Origin: Octopus vulgaris
Taxonomy: Eukaryota
Length of the DNA stretch: 64,000 bases
NCBI GenBank assembly: GCA_951406725.2
Contig: OX597831.1
Location: 61,008,001 to 61,072,000, forward strand
Direction of reading: 5' to 3'
This document shows, in pieces, positions 52,565 through 64,000 of this stretch; position 1 is the first letter of the stretch; each line of letters opens with the position of its first letter. The notes under the pieces are model-generated. The model ran no database searches, was not told the origin of the DNA, and was given only the letters and a program-made list of their open reading frames with translations. The translations under genes were made by a program, and so were the position numbers.

Positions 52565-52987
52565 TTACTCTTTTACTCCTTTACTCTTTTACTTGTTTCA
52601 GTCATTTGACTGCGGCCATGCTGGAACACCACTTTTAGTCGGCCAAATCGACCCCAGGACTTATTCTTTGTAAGCCTAGTGCTTATCTATCGGTCTCTTT
52701 TACCGAACCGCTAAGTTACGGAGAGGTAAACACACCAGCATCAGTTGTCAAGTGATGTTGGAGGGGGGACAAACACAGACACACAAAAACACACACACAC
52801 ATATACATATACATATATACGACGGGCTTCTTTCAGTTTCCGTCTACCAAATCCACTCACAAGGCTTTGGTCGGCTCAAGGCTTATAGTAGAAAACACTT
52901 GCCCAAGGTGCCACGCAGTGGGACTGAATCCAGAACCATGTGGTTGGTAAGCAAGCTACTTACCACACAGCCACTCCTACGCCTATA
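52565..52987 (-). mobile_element. SINE family E, full length
   Basis: Colinear with 23280-23708. Confidence 0.88.
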
Positions 52988-53089
52988 GGAGTATCGAATG
53001 CTGAACGAATTTGCTTTCAACCTTTAGCATAATGTGAATATCTAATATTTAGTAGACATGCTCTTAGCATTTTTCAATGCACGGATCCT

Positions 53090-53975
53090 ATATGATATGC
53101 CAGTGATCAGATGACAAATATTCTCTTGCAGAATTTTTTGCCACGTTTCTTGCAGTAATCTCAAAAGATCTGGCTTCGATGATGCTTTCTTGTTCACTTT
53201 ACGAAGTGCCTTGTCCATTATTTTTTAACCAACCTTGGGCCTTTTTAGCCGAGTGACAAGGAACCCCATCTTCCATAAATAGTCTTCTTTAATCATTTCA
53301 CCATTGGAGAAGATTGGAAGGAGTCCTTTCTGCAATATGGACACATATTTATCTGTGTTTATGTTTCCATCACATTCTACTAGCTCTGATTGACCATTGC
53401 TCCAAATTGCTCCCCAGACCATAAAAGAATAGCTGTGCCTTGTTTCATTGTTGGCAGTAATCTTTTCATGTCAAATTCTTCATCACAGACCCACACTCGA
53501 CCATTATCGAAAATTACAGCAAATCTGGACTCATGAGAGAATATGATAGTGTCCCAAAATGCTACCAGCCACTTCACCATTTCATTGGTCCAGTCTTTTC
53601 TCCACTTAATAGCTTATTGAAGAAGTGGCTTACTTCTTGCTGCTCTGCCATAGTAGCCAAGTTCCTAGTAATACCAAATAACTGTTCTGGGACTGACACA
53701 AATTTGCTATGTCAAGGGACTTGCAATGAGGACTATCCTCCACACTTCACTTAACAAAGCAAAGGTTCCTGTCAGAGGACCCTAATCGACTTGGGCAAGG
53801 TGATGTGGACTCTTTCCCCTCTCTGGTGAATTGCACAATCACTCTATTGACCATACAAAGCGGTATGCCAAGGTTTTCTGCGATTTTAGGCTGTCCACCT
53901 CCAGATTGACCCACAGTACGGCTTCTTTGAAATTTGGACAGTTCCAAGGCCTCTTTCGTATGTGGCATGATTAAA
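53090..53975 (-). mobile_element. decayed Tc1-like transposase
   Basis: [20 protein letters not shown] (HTH), W..IIFS(D>H)[37 protein letters not shown]. Confidence 0.85.
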
Positions 53976-54134
53976 CAGTCGTATATAGAACCTGAACCAG
54001 AAAAATGTCCATTAATTAAAAAATATATAAACTTTTTCAAGTTAGAATAAAAAAAAAAATTTATGGTCTGTCTATTTACTTCTGTCATGTTTATATATGT
54101 GTGTGTGTGTGTAGACAGGCAGACAGACCGACAC

Positions 54135-54234
<100 letters not shown>

Positions 54235-57200
54235 ATAGTACACATGCATACGTTATGTGTGTGTCTCTGTCCGTCTGTGTGTCTGCGACATTTACGCTAT
54301 AAATTTATATATTCTATTTCTAAGTACACACTGTAATTTAATAAATACTACTAGAGTATATGTAGGATGTCAAATTCAGTGAAAAATGTTCAGGAATTCG
54401 CCAATAACACATTGAAAAGTAGATAGGCAATGGATATCGTCTCTTTCCTCAGTAGAAACGTGATAGAAATTGCTACATCACTATCTTAATGCATCTGTTC
54501 TTTGAAGTAGAATTGTATTAATAATATCAATAGCCAACACCTTTGGACAGAAGATAAAAAACACTTTCTCTGTTTGAGAAGTACAACATTTTCACGCATA
54601 AATTCAATAATTTATGAAAAGCAAGAGATGATATTGAAATTGAGGCATGAGTATGAATAACTTCTAAAGAATTCAATCCACCTACAGACATGATTTCTAT
54701 AACCTAGGATACTGTAAGTTAATAGCAGTATCAGCAAAGTTACTTGCGTTATACCAACATGACTGACCATTAAAAATCTCATTGGTATCAGAAATGTTAA
54801 CTCTGTACTTCATGTATCTAGCAAAAAAAAATATTGAAATCTATTCCATTTACGTGCTTATTATTTGTTTTCGTGTGAGTCATTTGTAGAAGTGTTTATA
54901 TTAAACATATAAAAACAGTGTACTCAGCCATAAACAAATCCAATATATGTGGCTTAGCCGTCAGTTACTAAGTGTATTGAACTTGGCTGCTTGCATCTTA
55001 CTTTCGTTAATTGTTTTAGGTTCCTTCGTAGACGTGATCAAACATAAGCACTCTCTCAGTCGTCCAAGTTTGATTCAGTGAAACATAGAAAATATGAGAG
55101 TTGAAGCATGTGAGTTTGCGCTGGCATCATGTTGATACGCACAGGATGATCATGAAACGATGTACCTTGAAAATAGGACAAAATACGCTGTTTAGTCCAA
55201 GTATAAATTTAACGATTGCATGCAAGGTGGCGTTCCAATCGCCAACTAGTACTAAAGAGGACAATGTTCGCTGAAAAACCTTCAGGTGCCCGAAGAAATC
55301 TGGTCATCCCATCCCAGTGATAGCTAGTCTGAAAACACCTCTTTCGCTACTGTTCAAGTCCAGAACATACTAAAAAAGTACAACTATCCCGCTACCCACC
55401 CTCTTTGTGGGCCGGGTAAGACATGCAAAGACATCGAGATCATCAAAAATGGGTGCTAGGGCATGCTAGAAATGCTCGTCTAGCTGCTGTCTGTCACATC
55501 CCAACCTGGCTTCTTGCCTAACCCCAGGACACGTGCAGTTATACACTCCAATAACTGAACTGTTTTATTGGGTAGAAGTAGAGAAAGAAACGGTTTATTT
55601 ATCAGTTTGCTGGTCTCTGACACTAGATGCTTTGGTTTCCATGAAATTTTGCAGTACTTTCGGAAATCCTTTAGCGCGCTACTTCTGGACTTCGCATTAT
55701 CACTCACGGAAATTATGTCATCGTTTTCTGTCTTATCTCCTCAATATATTGTGGCACTTTGAAAGTGCTTGTCCTGAAAACATTTCCCTTTGTTTCAGTA
55801 ATGGCACAGCACGGAGTTAAGGTTTGTTTCAATGTGTCGGTGAGCTAGTTTGTCTGTGTACGAAAGAGAGGACGAGAGAAAGAATAAGAGAGAGGGTGTT
55901 AGGTTGAAAATGTTCTTGGTTGATGGCTTTTACCTCTGCTCGTGTCTCTCTTGTATTGGTACTACAGATGGTTTTGTCGCATCTACAACTGTAGTTGTGT
56001 TGCTGGTATCGCGCTTGCGGCTGGTGTTTCTATTGCTGCCGTTGTCGCAGCAGCAGTATCGGCACTTGTTTGTATTGCTGCTGCTATTTTTGTTACTGTC
56101 GTTGGTATCACCGTCAAAAGAACTCATACGGTATTATATACATTCCAGGGCCTCCCTTAACCATTCCTATAATAATTCATGAATGCCCGTTACAATTTTC
56201 ACGAAAGAAAGTTGAGCAGCCTTCTTCATTTTCCCATAAACTCAACAAGGAAGTATTCCCTTCTGTGACACACCATTGCCACTTCCGCTTGGCTTATATT
56301 TGACCCACACCTAAAAGCCTTTTTTGGTATGTAATGCTTTTCCATGAAGCTTTGTATTTTTGTTAATATCTTACGAGCTTGTATTATTATTGCTAGTACA
56401 TTTAATTATGTTGTACATTCAGTTAAGATTGTATCTGTCTTCAAATTCAAATGGGGTTTTCTTTTCTTCTTTGTTATTTTTTTCTGAAATAATTACTGTG
56501 ACACCATATTTTGCAACAGAAGAATTTGGGTAAGTGTATGGCCTATCGTCTCATTCCGCCGTCGGCTTCGAAACGCACTCATATGTTTCCATATGCCTGA
56601 CAACAATCGTTAAAATGGTATCTCTTCCAGTATCGGTCAATGCTTCTCTTCTGTCAAAATTCTTTTGTGGGATATGGAGTCAGCCTCCATTTTCAGCAAA
56701 AGGTGGATATCTTTTACCCCCCACATACCCAGTTCCTCCATGTATGCAGAACGCATGAAGACATCGTCCCAAGAATGAAAACCATTCGTTGTCTTTTTCT
56801 TTACCGATGGTCTTTAGTTAATGAATGTAGCGGAGTTGCACTTTTTATCATTTCCTACTTTAATAAAATGCATGAACTCTACTAATACATGTATAGTACT
56901 TTGCATGTATTCATGCGTAAATATTCTACATGTTTGTTTATAACATCATTTTATTTCATGTACTATACTAGGCAACATATGCATGTGATTTTCGTATTCT
57001 ATGATCTATGAAAGATTTGATAATATGTCTCTACATCATTCTACAAACACGTTTGCAAGCATCTTTGAATATTCCTTCAGAGGAAAGATACACACTATAA
57101 ATATATCGGTAAGAGTGTCCAAGTTAAAGCATGTTTTTTTTACCCTTGCTACATGGTAAATGTAGCAGATAGAGAATCACTTCTTAACCTTCCCTTGGCA

Positions 57201-57937
57201 AATAATCATGAAACAATATATACAGGAAATACATCGTGGCAACATTTCATTTTCTTCTGGAGCTCCATGAAAACCATCTGCTTTTGGCAAAGAACAACGA
57301 GAACATCAATAATTATAATTCATATCTTTTTGAATTTATATCAAGATTATGATGATGGATAAATGCCCAGAAAGATTGACGGAAGAGGGTTAGTCGATTA
57401 CAGCAACCCCCTAGTACATGGCTGACAATACATTTTATCAATCCATTATAGGTTCAAGCAGCATTATCTCCTACACAGGCCAGTTTCAATTCAGACATTA
57501 TATAAGTTCTGTACATCTCACAAAGTATATACACTGCTGAAAGACCTGCTAATAATATAACAGCACATAGAGCTCATATTCCATATAATTCAATAAGATA
57601 ACACTGCAAAGCTCTTATATAACTGACACCGGATAAAATTACACATATACGGTAACACCAATTAAGGTGACTCATTCTATACACATATACCACCCAATAA
57701 ACCGAAAGTTTTGAACGTGCTTTATACAATTCCAAGAAAATATATTCATTACGTAACACATATTGTAATCTTGTATTTTTTGCCAATTACACGCTACAGG
57801 ATTATTCAATTTCGTAATTGAGAACCTCCCTTAGTGTAATGCTGCCTACGGTTATGCAATGATACTACAAATTCATACACAAACGGTACCCAACACAGTC
57901 ATCATCGTACACGAAAATACGTGATAAAAAATACAAA

Positions 57938-59743
<1,806 letters not shown>

Positions 59744-59758
59744 AATAATAATAATAAT

Positions 59759-60208
59759 AGATGGGCTACAGCAAATATTCTGCTCAATACCACAGCCTTG
59801 CTTGTCAGTTGTTTGACCTTAACCAGTTGAGCATGTCCCTTAGAGGCTGACGATATGTACATCTCTGATCATGAGCAGAAGTAGTGGGGGAGCATCATAG
59901 CCATGTGTTGAGAGGGATTCTTTGGAGTTTGAATAATTCACCTCTGGAAACATGGATGGTACGTTCAACATCTTTAAACAACCCTTATTCAGGGAACTTT
60001 TGAGCGGGATGGGCTACTCGACCAGAACAAAATTCTAACTGGGCCCCACCTGCATGGTCATGAGCTGTTTATCTTGATATGTTGCGCACATATGGTGGTG
60101 ATGCATGTGCCTAGTGTACCTTATCAGACGGGTAGTCATGATGGCTATGCTGGGCTTCGTATATTTTACCCCACTGTCGCTTTGATGGCATGCACTGCTC
60201 TCTCACTC
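59759..60208 (+). mobile_element. family F element, 5'-truncated, sitting in the (AAT)n tail of the LINE
   Basis: Colinear with the other F copies; ends tgctctctcactc-aataataat. Confidence 0.85.
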
Positions 60209-60279
60209 AATAATAATGATGATGATGATGATAAAGATTATGATGATGGTGATGTTTGATGATGAAGATGATGATGATT

Positions 60280-60390
60280 TGATTTCAAATGTTGACACAA
60301 GGCCACCAATTTGTGGGGAGGGATACGTCGATTCCTTCGACCCCTCCGTTTAACTAGTATTTATTTAATCGACCTTGAAAGGATGAAAGA
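60280..60390 (-). mobile_element. degenerate 3' half of the SINE family A variant
   Basis: gacacaaggcc...taactagtatttatttaatcgaccttgaaaggatgaaag. Confidence 0.6.
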
Positions 60391-60466
60391 ACTAAAACTA
60401 CTACAACTAATAATAATAACAATTATTATTATTATTATTATTATTATTGTTGTTGTTATTATCATT

Positions 60467-61006
60467 GGGTGAGTGAGCAGGGCATGGCATCGCAGTAACA
60501 CTGGAGTACAATTATCCGAAGCCCTGTATACCCCACATGACTACCCGTCTGATTAAGGATACACCAAGCACATGCATCACAACCACATGTGCTAGACATG
60601 GTAATCTTATATCTAGATAAACACCGCACGACCTTTCAGCTGGAGCCCCGTTAGAATTTTTTCAGGCTGAGTAGCCCATCCCGCTCAAAAGGTCCTTGAA
60701 TAATATTTGTTTTAGGATGTTGAACGAAAAACTCGTTTCCATTCGCGAATTATTTAAACCCCCAATAATTTCTCTCAGCACATGGCTGTGATGGTCCCGC
60801 ACTACTTCTGCTCGTGATCAGAGATGCACATATCGTCAGCCACTAAAGGACATGCTCAACTGGTTAAGGTAAAACAATTGACAACCAAAACTGTGGTATT
60901 TAGCAGAATATTTTATACCAAGACAAAACAATGTACAAGATAACACTTCCAATCAGTTAAGATCAGAAGCCATGAAAGCCACTGCCTGGTATTGCATCAG
61001 GACATT

Positions 61007-61007
<1 letters not shown>
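60467..61007 (-). mobile_element. family F element, full length (~540 bp)
   Basis: Reverse complement of the plus-strand F copies; lies between (ATT)n and (AGT)n. Confidence 0.85.
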
Positions 61008-61097
<90 letters not shown>

Positions 61098-61146
61098 GGT
61101 GGTAGTAGTAGTAGTAGTGGTGGTGGTGGTGGTGGTGGTGGTGGTG

Positions 61147-61207
<61 letters not shown>
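61008..61207. repeat. (AGT)n/(GGT)n microsatellite
   Basis: Direct reading. Confidence 0.95.
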
Positions 61208-61269
61208 CAGCAACTGCAGCAGCATTTACTTTTAATCTGCACGTTTATTACACGTCACTTACCGAGACA

Positions 61270-62592
61270 TACCCAATGTCCTGGTCCTGGGGCGAGTGAA
61301 GGATAAGAGATATAACAGTATGATTGAAAGCTGGGGGAAGGGAAGTAGAAAAATATATTCATATAATACAACACAGACATTTAAGTGGATAGGGTTTTTC
61401 TAAAGATGTGAGCAGTACTTGTCAGTACAATCATTTGGATTTCTCAGAGACATGGTTCTCCTGGGATCTTAGCTAGATGTTTCTGACATCCCTATTTTAT
61501 CATACATAGAGCACCTAGAATAATAGGAACAGCTCTCGTTTTAAGATGCCACATCTTTTGTATTTCAATTTCCTGGTCCTTATATTTACTTAGATGTACT
61601 TACATAGCGAGTAACTTGATCTGAGGTCGTGTGCTGGAACGAAAACAATTGCAGCGTGGAAGGTGTTTATAAACCCTTTAAGAAACACACAAAACCGTTA
61701 GATTCACTTCAACATTTAAATTTAATTTGTCAAAATATTTTCGTCGCTTTGAGACCGCAACCTGTTCGTGATGCAGCAGGTCGCGGTCTCAAAGCGAAGA
61801 AAATATTTTGACAAATTAAATTTAAATGTTGAAGTGAATCTAACGGTTTTGTGTGTTTCTTAAAGGGTTTATAAACACCTTCCACGCTGCAATTGTTATA
61901 TTTACTTAGTTTGTCAAATTCCTTGACAAATATATTTTTATCGGTGGAAACAATTACATCTATTAGTCTACATGTATTTTCTTCCCAGTCTTTAGTAATT
62001 ATGTCTGGTCGATTAGCCTGGATCTCTCTGTCAGTGTTGCCAGGAAAAACCCAGAGTATAGTGACATTTTTACCTTCAATGACTGACTGAGGATGATGTT
62101 CATACCAGTCAGCAGGAGTGCTGATTTTGTAGTGCTTACGTATTTTCTTATGTCAATACTATCCTAACGTATCTTGGAGATTTTTTATTCGTTTGGTGTC
62201 AGCACAGGACACCCCGAGACGAAATTATCTATTGTTTCGTCAAATGTGTCGCAGAAGCTGCATTTAGAGTCAAAACCGATTTGAAGAACGTTAATCTGGT
62301 AGATTCTTGTGAGTAAATTTTGATCTTGTGCCGCCAATATGAAACCTTCAGGCTCTGCTTTCAGTCCTGAACTTCTCAGCCACTGATGGGTAGTTGCTTG
62401 ATCTACAACAGCATTTCAACTTTGAAGTATATACTTTCCATGCAGAGGATTCTGCCTCCACCGCTTCTCAATTTGTTTCTGCCCTTTCTTTTTTGCAGTC
62501 TGCTTGATCCATTTTGCTTCTTTTGTGGCAGTGGTTTCAGATTCTTCAAATATTTCAGGATTAATACCAAGTTTCCTTGCGAATTTGTTGTT
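61270..62592 (-). mobile_element. decayed RLE LINE 3' part, interrupted by the palindromic element
   Basis: WRQNPLHGKY, HQWLRSSGLKAE.EGFILAAQDQ, CSFC..ETID, ANRPDII, KEFDKLSKY | KYKDQEIEIQKMWHLK; 3' boundary approximate. Confidence 0.85.
61594..61895. mobile_element. palindromic (foldback) insertion with a 14-bp TSD; probably an inverted Penelope-type pLTR pair
   Basis: 121-bp arms at 61644-61764 and 61777-61897 with 2 mismatches; ttatatttacttag at 61580-61593 and 61896-61909. Confidence 0.8.
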
Positions 62593-62638
<46 letters not shown>

Positions 62639-63149
62639 CCATTATTATTGTTTTTTGAAATATTTGTGCCTAAAAAGGCAAAGTTAGTGTCTGGGGGAGA
62701 TAACTTAAATCAAAATGGACAAACCTCTTTTGTCCTCATCAAGCAAACTTGTATATATACTGAGCTACAAATAATAGTCCATCTTTCTTATCTTTTCTCT
62801 TCTACCTATAAGTCATTAGGTACTGCGTGACCCAACGCAGGGCAACCTTCTTAAAAGAGGGAAGACAGATGTCTTAGAGCTTCTTTGAGCAAATCTGTCT
62901 AGTGTAGAGGCACATTTTTCCTTCTTGTGTGGATAAATTGGAATCCTAAATTTCGTGTCTAGGATCCGGGAAAGAACTGCTGGAGCAAACGTCTAAAATT
63001 ATAGCCTAAATGTTAAATAATGCCGTGAAATCCCCATCCTAAAACTGTTGGAACATTCTCAGCAAAAAAACAAAAAGTCCACCAGAAATCAAAATTCAAA
63101 GCAAAATTAAACTCGAGAGAAATGTAAATATGCAATGAAAGCTTTTTAC

Positions 63150-64000
63150 ACAGTACTGAATAGACCACAAGATAATATCATTGAAAGACATACATCGAAT
63201 ACAGAAACACAGTTGGCGTATACGCGACCAAATATGAATGTCAATGATCTAGTGTATGCTAGGACATGTAGGAATATGCTGAGAAGGAAAAGACTCTGAC
63301 CAGCTGGACTGGATGGAATAAGGGTTCAACCCATCCACGCTTATGATGAATTCTTACAAAACGGGAAAAAAAGGATGCTAGAATACCTGTCGTAACATTA
63401 CATAAGATGAGTAAATAAGATGCGCGGCTACGAATGCAATGAAGAGGAGAAAAAGTGGTTCCAGAAAAGCAGATAATGAAGACGACACCACACTTCGAAA
63501 AGAATATAAAAAAGAAATCGTAGCAGCCGAGGTGGATATCTTTTGAGAATTGATTATAATGTTATACATTAAAATCGACTGAGACCAGCTGCTGAAATTC
63601 CAACACAATCTAAAAAATGCATGGAAGATTAAAGTGTATAAAGTAGCAATGAAAGAAATGCTGAGAAAAACTGATCTAACAACTTGCAGTAACAGTGAAT
63701 AGTGTATAGCAAAGGCTCTCAGCAACGAAAAGGAAAGGACAAAGATGTCAGCAAATAACCAAAGTGGTAAGTCAAAACAGAAAACTAAATTAAATATTCT
63801 AAGAGGAGAATAACTGATGGCTAATGAGCTTTCGAAGGAAATAAAAGTCAAAACTCGAAAAATAAGAAACATTAAACGATAAAATAAAATTACAGATGAA
63901 CACTGCATGGAAGTCAAAGCACAACGGGTTAGAATATATGCAAAAAGATAAATAAATAAAAGGAAATTCTATTAACATAAACGTAAGATTTTATAAACGA
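63150..64000 (+). mobile_element. heavily decayed N-terminal region of an RLE LINE, running off the window
   Basis: NDLVYA; KAQRVRIYAKR; resembles 28916-29200. Confidence 0.5.

Noticed and set aside
55850-56303. Overlapping Cys-rich/hydrophobic ORFs
   Set aside because: Degenerate (GCT/GTT)n low-complexity sequence that is open in several frames.
56730-56790. Pepsin-like FILG/DVFMRSAY motif on the minus strand
   Set aside because: It needs a frameshift and the flanking residues do not fit; likely coincidence.

Overview
AT-rich, repeat-saturated eukaryotic DNA, intergenic or intronic. The SINE/LINE repertoire and the microsatellite load suggest an octopus (cephalopod) genome; this is inference. 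No intact host gene is recognisable, only a few weak candidate exons. The window holds: (AAT)n-associated RLE-type non-LTR retrotransposon fragments (Dong/R4-like, at least 3 families); two decayed Penelope-like elements (RT and/or GIY-YIG); Tc1 and DD82E-spaced (Sailor-like) transposase relics; an AP-endonuclease LINE fragment; about 20 tRNA-derived SINE copies; a ~540-bp non-coding (AAT)n-tailed element in 4 copies; MITE- and Helentron-like elements; and many microsatellites. The most notable signal is RNA structure. Two sequence-dissimilar non-coding repeats (31773-31845 minus, 33809-33883 plus) each carry the full hammerhead-ribozyme core (UH, GAAA, CUGANGA) with compensatory stems. Their strands are in an order that is not a circular permutation of types I-III, implying a pseudoknotted hammerhead. 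The window also has an inverted pair of canonical type I hammerheads with a long stem II (45315-46018) and a 254-bp near-perfect palindrome inserted with a target-site duplication. All structures were read by eye, not computed.
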